From assembly GCA_964022095.1 (NCBI GenBank), contig CAXHZO010000002.1, positions 256,001 to 320,000 on the forward strand: a stretch of DNA of 64,000 bases, given 5' to 3'. Shown piece after piece: positions 20,295 to 30,350 of this stretch. Source of the DNA: an uncultured Arcobacteraceae bacterium. GTDB lineage: Bacteria > Campylobacterota > Campylobacteria > Campylobacterales > Arcobacteraceae. Every line of letters starts with the position of its first letter. Position 1 is the stretch's first letter. A program made the position numbers and the translations under genes. Below the pieces are notes generated by a model that worked only from the letters and a program-made list of their open reading frames with translations, did no database searches and had not been told where the DNA came from.

Positions 20295-20924
20295 TTATAT
20301 ACTCTTGGCTAGTTTTATACACTCTTGTATAGAAGTTTTTGAACTAATAACAAACTCAACATCTTTTGGAAGGTATTTTGAAGTTGTTTTTCCAATACAA
20401 ACTGCCTTGAAGCTTTTTTCCCATCCATACTGTTCAAAGAAACATTTTATGCTAGAAGGAGATGTAAAGATAAAAATAGAGTTTTTCTCTAAATTGATTT
20501 TTGTTTGATTATTACAAATTGTTTCATAAACAATTACTTCATCTAAAGATATTTTATTTTCAAGTAATATATTTGAAAGATTAGATACCGTTTTTTTTGC
20601 TTTTAAGTATAAAACTTTTTTATTTTTTAAGTGAGGAATCAACTCTTGGGCAAATTCATTACCATGTGAATGTTCACCTACAAACTCAAGTGTTCCACCT
20701 TGTTGTTTTAAAACTTCTGCTGTTTTAGGTGCAATAACATATGAAGGTATATTTTTCCAATCAATATTAAAATGATTTAGTGAATAAATTGCATTTTTTG
20801 AAGTAAAAATTAATGCATCATATTTTAAACAATCAATAAGAGGTTCTAAATATTGAATCTTAAATACTTCTAAATTTATTACATCTTTGTATTTATTATT
20901 TGATAGTAAATATATTTTACTCAT
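20295..20924 (-). CDS. hemD: Uroporphyrinogen-III synthase
   Basis: LIFTSKNAI, VYET, IFTSPSS, CIGKTT motifs. Confidence 0.9.
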   Translation of the reverse strand: MSKIYLLSNNKYKDVINLEVFKIQYLEPLIDCLKYDALIFTSKNAIYSLNHFNIDWKNIPSYVIAPKTAEVLKQQGGTLEFVGEHSHGNEFAQELIPHLKNKKVLYLKAKKTVSNLSNILLENKISLDEVIVYETICNNQTKINLEKNSIFIFTSPSSIKCFFEQYGWEKSFKAVCIGKTTSKYLPKDVEFVISSKTSIQECIKLAKSI

Positions 20925-22494
20925 ACTTTAAAGAGCTCTTTTGTACATAGTTTGTTGCATCATCAATTGTATGAAACATTTGAATACCTTTAAATAATCC
21001 ATCTATGTCAATATCTATGATACTTCTTTTATGTCTATATTTTAAAACAAGAATAATATCTGAACCTCTATCTTTTAGTTTTTCTATGATGTTCTCAATT
21101 GTGAAAATCGCAGATAAATCAAGTGATTGAGCATTTTTACAATCTAAAATTATTGTTTTTCCACTTTTTATTTTATCTATTTTTTCATCTAAAATAGAAG
21201 CTGTTCCAAAAAATAGTTCACCTGTTATTTTGATGATTTGTGTATCTTGATTATCTAAGTCAATATCAAAAGATGTTTTTGATCTAATTGTTTTTATTTG
21301 AGTGCCTTTTGATACTTTATAAACTGCTAAAATTGATGCAATTGTAATACCTACTCCAACTGCCATAATTAAATCAACGAAAATTGTTAATAAAAATACA
21401 GTAATCATAATAAGTAAATCTCTTTTATTTACTTTATTTACTATTTTTATAAACTTATAATCTAAAATATCAAATCCAACTTTTATTAAAATACCAGAAA
21501 GTACAGCTAATGGGATTTCTGAAGCTAAGGGAGCTAAAAATAAAACTATTATTAAAAGTGTAATAGAGTGAATCATTCCTGATAGTTTGGTAGTTCCTCC
21601 ACTATTGATATTTATCACCGTTCTCATTGTTGCACCAGCACCTGGAATTGCTCCAAAGAATGAACAAATAGCATTACCTATTCCTTGTCCTATTAACTCT
21701 TTATTTGGATTATGTTTTGTTTTTGTTTTATTATCTGCAACAACTGAAGTTAATAAAGAATCAATTGTTCCAAGTAGTGCTAGAGTTATGGATAAAGTAA
21801 TAATATCTTTTAAATTAATAAAATCAATAGAAAAAGGAAGAATTAAATCAGGGATTTCCATAGGAATTTCTCCTATTTTTGCTATATTAAACTGCATATA
21901 ATATGAAAAATAGGTAATTGCAATAAGTGCTATTAAAGCAGGTGGAACAACTTTTGTAATCTTCTTAGGAGTTAAGAACATAATTAACAGAGTTAATGAT
22001 GCAACAATTAAAGCATCATAATTTATATGTTGAATTGAATCAAAAAGATTTATAAGTGTTAAAACAATTGAAGGTTGTGAATCAACACCTAAAAAAGGGT
22101 TTAATTGTAAAATTATGATAATTACACCAACTCCACTCATGAAACCTGAGATTACAGGATAAGGAATAAATTGAACCCATTTACCTATTCTAATCATTGC
22201 AAATGATATTTGAATAAGTCCAGATAAAAATATAACTGTCATTACAGTATTAAAATCCCCTGGAAAAGTAGCTACTGCAGTTGCAGTAATAACTGTCATT
22301 GGACCAGTAGGACCAGAAATTTGAGTAGAGGTTCCTCCAAAAAGTGCTGCAAAGAAACCTAATATAATTGCACCGTATAAACCAGCGATTGCACCAGCAC
22401 CACTTGCAACACCAAATGCTAAGGCTAAAGGAAGAGCAACAACAGCAGCTGTAATACCTGCAAAAATATCATTTTTTATTGTAACACTGTTCAA
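20917..22494 (-). CDS. SulP/SLC26 anion (sulfate/bicarbonate/dicarboxylate) transporter with STAS domain
   Basis: ALPLALAFGVASG, ISGPTGPM, NKELIGQG.GN, GAGATMRT, C-terminal STAS (GELFFG). Confidence 0.92.
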   Translation of the reverse strand: MNSVTIKNDIFAGITAAVVALPLALAFGVASGAGAIAGLYGAIILGFFAALFGGTSTQISGPTGPMTVITATAVATFPGDFNTVMTVIFLSGLIQISFAMIRIGKWVQFIPYPVISGFMSGVGVIIIILQLNPFLGVDSQPSIVLTLINLFDSIQHINYDALIVASLTLLIMFLTPKKITKVVPPALIALIAITYFSYYMQFNIAKIGEIPMEIPDLILPFSIDFINLKDIITLSITLALLGTIDSLLTSVVADNKTKTKHNPNKELIGQGIGNAICSFFGAIPGAGATMRTVININSGGTTKLSGMIHSITLLIIVLFLAPLASEIPLAVLSGILIKVGFDILDYKFIKIVNKVNKRDLLIMITVFLLTIFVDLIMAVGVGITIASILAVYKVSKGTQIKTIRSKTSFDIDLDNQDTQIIKITGELFFGTASILDEKIDKIKSGKTIILDCKNAQSLDLSAIFTIENIIEKLKDRGSDIILVLKYRHKRSIIDIDIDGLFKGIQMFHTIDDATNYVQKSSLKYE

Positions 22495-22516
22495 AAGTTT
22501 CTCTCCTTTTTTTGTT

Positions 22517-23938
22517 TTAATCTAAAAGGTCTAAATATTCCTCTTCATCAACTATATTGTCTTTTTTACCTCTAGCAATGATATGAATTGGAGTTCCCTC
22601 GAAATTAAATCTACTTCTAAAGAAATTAATTAAATATCTTTTATAAGAGAAGTGTAGAAGTTTAGGTTTATTCATAATTAATGCAATTTTTGGTGGTCTA
22701 TTACTAAATTGTGTAGCATAGTAAATTCTTAAATATGCACCGTTTGGACTTGGAAGAGCATGTCTAATAACTGCATCTTCAACAGTTTTATGAAGTTGAG
22801 ATGTTGGGATTCTTTGTGAATAGTTTTCAAAAATCTCAATTAATTTTTCTTTTAACCTATCAATACTTCTTCCCGTTTTTGCAGAAACAGCAATAATTGG
22901 AGCATAGTAAAGAAATTTAAATCTTCCTCTAACTGCTTTTTCCATTTTTTCAAATGTCTCCATATTCTCATCCCATTTATTTAAAACGATGATTGTTCCT
23001 AATGCATACTGATCAACTAATCCAGCAATTTTTTCATCTTGGTCTGATAAATCTTTTGATGCATCTAATACAACTAATGCAAGGTTTGCTTTTTCAAGCA
23101 TCTCTTTTGTTCTCATTAATGCGTATTTTTCAATACCTTCAATTTTACCTTTTCTTCTAAGCCCTGCTGTATCAACAAAAGTAATATTTTTATCTGCATA
23201 TTCAAAAGATTCATCAACTGGATCAATAGTAGTTCCTGCAATTTCAGAAACTACAGATCTTTCTTGGCCTACGATAGCATTTAGTATAGAAGATTTTCCA
23301 ACATTTACTTTTCCAATGATTGCAACTTTGATATTTCTATCATCTACAAACTTTTCTTCTACTTCTTCCTCATCATATAAAAGTTCATCTTCATTTTCAT
23401 CAGTAACTTCGTTATTGATTATTTCAATATTAGGTGGAAGATGATCATAAATCCAATCAAATAAATCCTTTGTTCCTCTATTATGTGAAACAGATATTCC
23501 AAATAGGTTTTCATCACCTACTCCAAATTCAAAGAATTCCCATAATCTTTCTTTTTCTTTATCATTATCGATTTTATTTACAACTAATGCTAACTCTTTT
23601 CCTAATCGTTGAAGCTCATAAAATAGTTCTTTATCTTTATCATCTGGTATGTTTTTACCATCTACCATAAAAAGTATTATATCAGCCTCTTTCGCTGTTT
23701 CAATTGCTTTTCTTTTTACGTTTGAAAATATTGCATCATCTGTATCATCAATACCACCAGTATCAAGCATAAGTGCTGGTCTATCTATAATATCAACTTG
23801 GTGTTTCTTAATGTCTCTTGTTGTTCCAGCTAAATCTGAAACAATAGCTATTCTTTGTTTTGCAATTCTATTAAATAGAGATGATTTTCCGACATTTGGT
23901 TGACCAATAAGTGCAATTTTTTTAAGTGAGTTGTTCAT
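22517..23938 (-). CDS. der: Ribosome biogenesis GTPase Der (EngA)
   Basis: Two G domains (GQPNVGKS/DTGG/NKID; GKVNVGKS/DTAG/NKWD) and a KH-like C-terminus. Confidence 0.97.
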   Translation of the reverse strand: MNNSLKKIALIGQPNVGKSSLFNRIAKQRIAIVSDLAGTTRDIKKHQVDIIDRPALMLDTGGIDDTDDAIFSNVKRKAIETAKEADIILFMVDGKNIPDDKDKELFYELQRLGKELALVVNKIDNDKEKERLWEFFEFGVGDENLFGISVSHNRGTKDLFDWIYDHLPPNIEIINNEVTDENEDELLYDEEEVEEKFVDDRNIKVAIIGKVNVGKSSILNAIVGQERSVVSEIAGTTIDPVDESFEYADKNITFVDTAGLRRKGKIEGIEKYALMRTKEMLEKANLALVVLDASKDLSDQDEKIAGLVDQYALGTIIVLNKWDENMETFEKMEKAVRGRFKFLYYAPIIAVSAKTGRSIDRLKEKLIEIFENYSQRIPTSQLHKTVEDAVIRHALPSPNGAYLRIYYATQFSNRPPKIALIMNKPKLLHFSYKRYLINFFRSRFNFEGTPIHIIARGKKDNIVDEEEYLDLLD

Positions 23939-23972
23939 TTATGTTTAAAATCCTATTACGTTAGTATAAATT

Positions 23973-24009
23973 AAAAAAGGTATTAGCCATATTATAGCTA
24001 ATACCTTTT
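23973..24009 (-). terminator. Intrinsic terminator after hpf
   Basis: AAAAGGTATTAGC-N9-GCTAATACCTTTT, a 13-bp stem with a T-run on minus. The loop contains a minus-strand TATAAT that may serve der. Confidence 0.75.
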
Positions 24010-24029
24010 AAAGAAGCAAAAATTATAGA

Positions 24030-24572
24030 TTAATATAATCCAAATTTACCTTCTTTTGAGCTTTTATATAATACTCTCATATTATCATCTTTATCATAGA
24101 ATACTTTAAATACTGCATCTGAATCTTTTAATTCATCTAGTGCTTCTTCAATATCCATTGGTTTATAAGAGCTTAATCTTGCAGGAGCAATTTCATCTTC
24201 AAATTTTTCTAATTCTAAAGCAATTTGATCTTCAACTTCAGCTGCAACAACTTCAGTTAGTTTTGTAGCTTTATGTGTAGCGATTTTGTCGTGGTGTCTT
24301 CTTAACACTTTACAAACTCTATCTACTGCAATATCAATTGCTGAATATAAATCTTTATCTTTTTGTTTAACTACAATTGTATCTAAGTGAGCAACATTTA
24401 ATGTGAATTCAAAACTGAATGCTTTTTTACCATGTTTCTCTTCTTGTGAAATAATTGAATTTACAGAAATAATATCTAAGTTGTATTTTCTAAACGCTTC
24501 AATTGAACTGTTAATATACTCTTTGATTGGATCTGTTAAATCTATGTGTCTTCCTACAATACCTGTATTCAT
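24030..24572 (-). CDS. hpf: Ribosome hibernation promoting factor, long form (HPF/RaiA)
   Basis: GRHIDLTD.IK.Y, DLYSAID.A, LRRHHDK, C-terminal KPMDIEEA...F.VF..K...VLY. Confidence 0.92.
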   Translation of the reverse strand: MNTGIVGRHIDLTDPIKEYINSSIEAFRKYNLDIISVNSIISQEEKHGKKAFSFEFTLNVAHLDTIVVKQKDKDLYSAIDIAVDRVCKVLRRHHDKIATHKATKLTEVVAAEVEDQIALELEKFEDEIAPARLSSYKPMDIEEALDELKDSDAVFKVFYDKDDNMRVLYKSSKEGKFGLY

Positions 24573-24764
24573 GACAAACTCCTTCTGTTAAATTTAATTA
24601 ATTGTATCACATGTAATATTAAACTAATAAAAAAGTGTGTAAAAATAACCCAATTAAAAACTAGTAAATAACTAAAAATTCGTAGAAATTTAGTTATTTC
24701 TTTAAATTTTTAGTTTTTTAAGCTTTAAATAAAAGATTTATCTAAGATTAGTATCTTATGAAAT

Positions 24765-27002
24765 TTATACTAGGATTTCTCTATTACCCTTAGCATTTGC
24801 TTCTGATAAAACTCCTGTTTGCTCTAATTGCTCTACAATAGTTGCTGCACGGTTATAACCGATTCTTAGTTTTCTTTGAATATATGAAATAGATGTTTTC
24901 TTATCTGTTAAAACAACTTGTTTTGCATCTTCATAAAGTTCATCTACATCACCAAGTTCAGCATTAGAAGAGGTTGCACCTAAACTAGATGAGTTAACAT
25001 CTTTTATGAAATTCATATCATATTGCACTTCTCTTTGTGCTTTTAAGAAGTCAACAACTTTTTCAATTTCATCTTCTGTTGACCAAGGTGCATGAATTCT
25101 AACAAGCCCAGACATACCAGGAGGTGTAAATAACATATCTCCACGTCCTAGTAATGACTCAGCTCCCATAGAATCTAAAATGATTTTAGAATCAACTTTT
25201 TGCCCTACTTTGTAAGATAATCTACTTGGTAGATTTGCTTTAATCAAACCTGTAACAACATCAACTGATGGTCTTTGAGTAGCAACAATTAAGTGAATAC
25301 CAGAAGCTCTTGCCATTTGTGCAAGTCTTGCAATAGAGTACTCAACATCTTTACCACTAGTCATCATAAGGTCAGCTAACTCATCAATAACAACAACAAT
25401 ATAAGGGAACTTTTCATATCTCTCTTTTTTTGCTTTTTCATTGTAGTTTTCAATATTTTTAGTTTTAGTTTTTGACATTAAAGTGTAACGTCTTTCCATT
25501 TCTGCAACCATGTTTGATAAAGCATTAATTGCATCACCTGCTTTTGTAATAACAGGAGTTAATAAATGAGGAATATCATTATACATAGAAAATTCAAGCA
25601 TTTTTGGATCAATCATAACTAGTTTTAAGTTATCTGGTGAGTTTTTATAAAGCAGTGATAAAATCATTGAATTAATACCCACAGATTTACCAGAACCAGT
25701 AGTTCCTGCTATTAATAAGTGTGGAAGCTTTTTTAAATCAGTAATAAATGGTTTTCCAACAATATCTTTACCTAAAATCATTGTTAAAGGTGATTTAGAA
25801 TTTTGGAAAATTTCACTATCTAACATATCTCTTAAAAAGATTGTTTGAGTGTCATCATTTGGTACTTCAATACCAACAACATCTTTTCCTGGAATTGGAG
25901 CTTGAATTCTTATTGTTTGAGCTCTAAGTGCCATAGCTAAATCATCTTGTAAGTTTAAAATTTTAGATACCTTTACATTAGGTGCAGGTTTAAACTCAAA
26001 AGTTGTAACTACAGGACCTGTATAAGTTCTTACCACATCTCCATCAATTTTAAACATTGAAAGTTTATCTAATAAATCTGCAATTTTTTGATCTATAAAG
26101 TTTTCAGAAACTTTTGATTTTTTCTCTTTTGGTGCTGCTTGAAAAAATGATGTTGGTGGAAGTTCAAAGTCTCTAGGTTTTTCTGTTTGACCAATTTCTA
26201 TGTCTTCTAAAAGTTTTCTATTTTCTTCTAATTCATCAACTATTACACTGTGTTTTTCTTCAGTTTGTATTTCTAAAGTTTCTTCTTCAACAATAGGTTC
26301 AATTACTGGTGTTTGTGTTGTATCTTCTTCTTTTATTGGCTCTATATTATATTCTTGAGTATCAAATAAAGAAGTATCATTTTGTTTTTTAGTTGGTTGA
26401 TCTAGTTTCTCATTTATACTATTAATTATTGTCTCTGGTGTTTCTTCAGTAGTTGTAGTAGAAACATCATTTCTTTTTTCTCTTTTTTTAGAAGGTTTAT
26501 TTTCGATTTTTTTAATATCAATACTATTTTTTAATTTTATTTTACTTTTTAAATTTTTCTTGATACTTGATACATCTAAATCAGAATTTTCATATAAAAC
26601 GATTCCAGATATGATAAAACCAATTAAAACAAAGATATATAAACCTGCTACACCAATAACAGGTGCTAAAGTATCCACAAGTATATTTCCAATTTCACCT
26701 GCATTATAAGGGTTTGTAACAACTAATGCTTGAAAAATTAAAGAGACAAATAAAACTAATACAACTATAAGAATATTTACTAATAAGTCTTTAATTTCAA
26801 TATTCTTTTTAAAATTGTATATGTATAATGGATATAAAAATAGTAACAAGTATACATAAGATAGGTATCCAAAATATTTATGAGAAAATGCAGAAAATCC
26901 ATTCCCAACATTTCCAACTATATTTTTACTACTTTCAAATGCTGAAAATTCAAAATAAACTATTATAAATAGTAAGATTAGTGATATGATTTTTTTAGCT
27001 AT
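24765..27002 (-). CDS. ftsK: DNA translocase FtsK (start extended to probable ATA at 27002; ORF track starts at TTG 26849)
   Basis: GPVVT.FE, IRIQAPIPGK, PHLLIAGTTGSGKS, DELADLMM, ATQRPSVDV, gamma domain SYIQRKLRIGYNRA. The frame stays open 51 hydrophobic codons upstream of 26849. Confidence 0.93.
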   Translation of the reverse strand: MAKKIISLILLFIIVYFEFSAFESSKNIVGNVGNGFSAFSHKYFGYLSYVYLLLFLYPLYIYNFKKNIEIKDLLVNILIVVLVLFVSLIFQALVVTNPYNAGEIGNILVDTLAPVIGVAGLYIFVLIGFIISGIVLYENSDLDVSSIKKNLKSKIKLKNSIDIKKIENKPSKKREKRNDVSTTTTEETPETIINSINEKLDQPTKKQNDTSLFDTQEYNIEPIKEEDTTQTPVIEPIVEEETLEIQTEEKHSVIVDELEENRKLLEDIEIGQTEKPRDFELPPTSFFQAAPKEKKSKVSENFIDQKIADLLDKLSMFKIDGDVVRTYTGPVVTTFEFKPAPNVKVSKILNLQDDLAMALRAQTIRIQAPIPGKDVVGIEVPNDDTQTIFLRDMLDSEIFQNSKSPLTMILGKDIVGKPFITDLKKLPHLLIAGTTGSGKSVGINSMILSLLYKNSPDNLKLVMIDPKMLEFSMYNDIPHLLTPVITKAGDAINALSNMVAEMERRYTLMSKTKTKNIENYNEKAKKERYEKFPYIVVVIDELADLMMTSGKDVEYSIARLAQMARASGIHLIVATQRPSVDVVTGLIKANLPSRLSYKVGQKVDSKIILDSMGAESLLGRGDMLFTPPGMSGLVRIHAPWSTEDEIEKVVDFLKAQREVQYDMNFIKDVNSSSLGATSSNAELGDVDELYEDAKQVVLTDKKTSISYIQRKLRIGYNRAATIVEQLEQTGVLSEANAKGNREILV

Positions 27003-27016
27003 TTTAAACCCTTTTT

Positions 27017-27964
27017 TTATTTAAGTAGTTTCGCGATTCTTCCTTGTAGTCTAAGCCATTGTCTATGCTCAATTAAAGGAAAACCTGCCCATTGTTTTTT
27101 AGGCTCTGTGATTGATTTAGTAACACCACCACGTGCTGCAATTGTTGTAAATGGAGCAATCTCTAGATGACCTGCTGTTGCACTTTGTCCACCCATAATT
27201 ACATATTGATTTAGTGTAGTTGAACCAGATAGTCCAACTTGTCCAGTTAAAATACAACCCGTTGCTAATTTACAGTTATGCCCAATATGAACTAAGTTAT
27301 CGATTCTAACACCATTTTCAATGATAGTTGATTTAAATACTGCTCTATCAACTGCACTATTTGCCCCAATTTCTACATCATCACTAATAATTACATTACC
27401 ATTTTGATAAATTTTAATATATTTACCCTCTTTAGTATTAGCAAAACCAAAACCATCACTACCTATAACCGTTCCTGCATGTATTATACAATCACTACCG
27501 ATTTGACAGTCTCTATATATTGAAACATTTGGATAGATAATTGTGTTATCTCCAATTGTTACATTATCACCAATAAATGCACCAGCCATAATAGTACAAT
27601 CTCTACCAATAACTGAGTCTTTACCTATATAAACATTAGGCATAACTTTTGTTCCATTACCTATTAAAGGTTTTTCTCCCTCAAGTTCGATAATATTTGG
27701 TGCAAATAGTTTACTTATTTTTGCTAAATTTAAATAAGGCTCATCACAAACAATAGCTACAGTATTAGCTGGAACTTTTGAAGCGTGCTCTTTTGAAATT
27801 AAGACTGCTGCTGCTTTTGTATTCTCTAAATCATTTAAATATTTTTTGTTTTCTAAGAAAGTTAATTCATTTTCATTTGAATCAGTTAGTGTATTTAGAC
27901 CACTAATTTCGACTTGGCTATCAATTTCTAAATCAATTGATTTTGCAATCTCACTAAGAGTCAT
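27017..27964 (-). CDS. lpxD: UDP-3-O-acylglucosamine N-acyltransferase
   Basis: Hexapeptide repeats, IGSDGFGF, DVEIGANS.VDR, IDNLVHIGHN. Confidence 0.95.
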   Translation of the reverse strand: MTLSEIAKSIDLEIDSQVEISGLNTLTDSNENELTFLENKKYLNDLENTKAAAVLISKEHASKVPANTVAIVCDEPYLNLAKISKLFAPNIIELEGEKPLIGNGTKVMPNVYIGKDSVIGRDCTIMAGAFIGDNVTIGDNTIIYPNVSIYRDCQIGSDCIIHAGTVIGSDGFGFANTKEGKYIKIYQNGNVIISDDVEIGANSAVDRAVFKSTIIENGVRIDNLVHIGHNCKLATGCILTGQVGLSGSTTLNQYVIMGGQSATAGHLEIAPFTTIAARGGVTKSITEPKKQWAGFPLIEHRQWLRLQGRIAKLLK

Positions 27965-28004
27965 TTGTATTCCTTTTTATGAAGGAAAAGATAAGAAGTT
28001 TTTC

Positions 28005-28502
28005 TTATCTTTCCATTGCAACAATACCACTTCTAACGACTTCAAGTGGATTGAATTTTTGCATTACTTTTATAAAATTCATGATTCTAGAACTAGAATC
28101 AGTAGCAGATACGATAATTGAATCATCTGTAACATTTTGAATAGAACCATGATAGGCTCTTGCTATTACGTCAATATCTGATAAGTTATTATCTATTGAA
28201 AATTTCATTAAAACAGTATCTTTTTCAATTACATTTCTGTGTTCATTTACTTTTAAAACAGGAATTAACTTATTTAATTGTTTAACAATTTGATCAATTA
28301 CTCTTTTATCTCCAGTTGTAACAATAGTCATTCTTGAATATTGTGTTTCTTCAACTGGGGCTACAGTTAATGAGTCAATGTTATATCCTCTTGCAGAAAA
28401 TAGTCCTACAATTCTTGATAAAACGTTGTGTTCATTTAAAACAATTACTGAGATAACCTGTCTTGTTGTTTCTGAATCATAATAGTGATTAAAATTATTC
28501 AT
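28005..28502 (-). CDS. ilvN: Acetolactate synthase small (regulatory) subunit
   Basis: ACT domain VLSRIVGLFSARGYNIDSL, QLNKLIPV, EVVRSG. Confidence 0.93.
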   Translation of the reverse strand: MNNFNHYYDSETTRQVISVIVLNEHNVLSRIVGLFSARGYNIDSLTVAPVEETQYSRMTIVTTGDKRVIDQIVKQLNKLIPVLKVNEHRNVIEKDTVLMKFSIDNNLSDIDVIARAYHGSIQNVTDDSIIVSATDSSSRIMNFIKVMQKFNPLEVVRSGIVAMER

Positions 28503-30199
28503 TAGTTACCTCCTTCAATTAAAGTCATTTCATTTAATGCATGACCATTTGGTACCATTGGTAATACCTCTTCATCTCTTGCAACAATTACTTCAATCAT
28601 TGCTGGTTTTCTCTTCTCTACTGCATCTTTTAATGCTGCATCAAATTCTTCTTTGTTTGTTACTCTATATCCAAGTCCTCCAAATGCTTCAATTAGCATT
28701 TTAAAGTCAGGTTGTGCAGTTAAATCAGTTTCAGATAATCTATTTGCATAGAACATCGTTTGCCACTGTCTTACCATACCAAGATAGTTATTATTTAATA
28801 TAATATTAATTACTGGTAATTCATACTCAACACAAGTCATTAACTCTTGAATATTCATTAAAATTGAACCATCACCAGTGAAGTTAACAGAAACTTTATT
28901 AGTATCTTTTAAAGCTCTTGCAACACCCATTGCTGCAGGAAGTCCAAATCCCATAGTTCCTAAACCACCAGAAGTTATCCATTGTCTTGGATATGAAAAT
29001 GGATAAAATTGTGCAGTCCACATTTGGTGTTGTCCAACATCAGTTGAAACAACTGCTCTTTCTCCAAGTAGTTGACCTACTCTTTCAATTGGCCATTGTG
29101 GTTTGATTACTTCATTTGAATCAATATATCTTAATGGCTCTTTTTCTCTATAGTCAGTTAATAACTCAACCCAGTTTGTATAATCATTGAAATCATTGTC
29201 ATTTACTGCTTCAATCATTGCTTCAACAGTAAGTTTTAAATCTCCAACAATTGGATAATCAGGTGTAACTAACTTTCCTATAGATGTTGGGTCAATGTCA
29301 ACATGAATTACTTTTGCTTTTGAAGCAAATTCATCAAGTCTTCCTGTAACCCTATCATCAAATCTAGCACCTAGTGAAATTAAAAGATCTGTTTCATAAG
29401 CTGCCATATTTGCAGCAAATTCACCATGCATACCAAGCATACCAAAGAATAATGGATTTTCATCTCCCATTACACCTCTTGCCATTAGTGTTTCAACAGC
29501 TGGTATATTTAGCTTCTTAGCTAATTCTCTAATTTCATAACCACAATTAGATAAAATTGCTCCACCACCAATGTATAATAATGGTTTTTTAGCATTTGAA
29601 ATAGCAGTCATAGCTTTTTTCAATTGTCTTTTATTGTAATTAATTGTTGGTTTATAAGTTGGTAAATTAATCTCTTTTGGGTAATTAAACTCAGCTAGTT
29701 CAGCTGTGATATCTTTTGGGATATCAACGTGAACTGGTCCAGGTCTACCCGTACTTGCTATATGAAACGCCTCTTTAATAATTCTTGGTAAGTCTTCAAT
29801 TGAATTAACTAAATAGTTATGTTTAGTACAAGGTCTTGAAATACCAACAGCATCAATCTCTTGGAAACCATCTGTTCCTATGATACTAGTTGGAACTTGC
29901 CCTGATATAACAACTAAAGGTATTGAATCCATGTATGCATCGGCTAAACCAGTAACTGCATTTGTAAATCCAGGTCCAGAAGTTACAATTGAAACTCCTG
30001 TTTTCCCCGTTGATCTTGCATAACCTTCAGCTGCAATAATTGAAGCTTGTTCGTGTCTATTCAGAATGTGTTGAAAATAATTTTGTTTATATATTTCATC
30101 GTAGACGTTCATAATAGCGCCTCCAGGGTATCCGAATACTACTTCTACCCCTTCTTGATGTAATGATTCTACAACCATTTGTGCGCCAGTCATCTTCAT
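28502..30199 (-). CDS. ilvB: Acetolactate synthase large subunit
   Basis: FGYPGG, RHEQ, TSGPG, DVGQHQMW, SGGLGTMGFGLP, GDGS...NN..LGMVRQWQ TPP-binding motif. Confidence 0.96.
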   Translation of the reverse strand: MKMTGAQMVVESLHQEGVEVVFGYPGGAIMNVYDEIYKQNYFQHILNRHEQASIIAAEGYARSTGKTGVSIVTSGPGFTNAVTGLADAYMDSIPLVVISGQVPTSIIGTDGFQEIDAVGISRPCTKHNYLVNSIEDLPRIIKEAFHIASTGRPGPVHVDIPKDITAELAEFNYPKEINLPTYKPTINYNKRQLKKAMTAISNAKKPLLYIGGGAILSNCGYEIRELAKKLNIPAVETLMARGVMGDENPLFFGMLGMHGEFAANMAAYETDLLISLGARFDDRVTGRLDEFASKAKVIHVDIDPTSIGKLVTPDYPIVGDLKLTVEAMIEAVNDNDFNDYTNWVELLTDYREKEPLRYIDSNEVIKPQWPIERVGQLLGERAVVSTDVGQHQMWTAQFYPFSYPRQWITSGGLGTMGFGLPAAMGVARALKDTNKVSVNFTGDGSILMNIQELMTCVEYELPVINIILNNNYLGMVRQWQTMFYANRLSETDLTAQPDFKMLIEAFGGLGYRVTNKEEFDAALKDAVEKRKPAMIEVIVARDEEVLPMVPNGHALNEMTLIEGGN

Positions 30200-30350
30200 A
30201 ATAAAACTCCGTTAATCTAAAATAAGACAATATTTTACTAAAAATATAATTAATTTTGTATTAACGAAAAATAGGTAGTTTTGGGATTTTAGGATAGATT
30301 TAGTTTAAGTTAAATATAATTTAAATAATTTAAGAAAAAAGGAGAGCGAA

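Noticed and set aside
24666-24699. AT-rich inverted repeat (AAATAACTAAA/TTTAGTTATTT) between ftsK and hpf
   Set aside because: Single copy with low complexity; no evidence for a MITE, at most a weak terminator.
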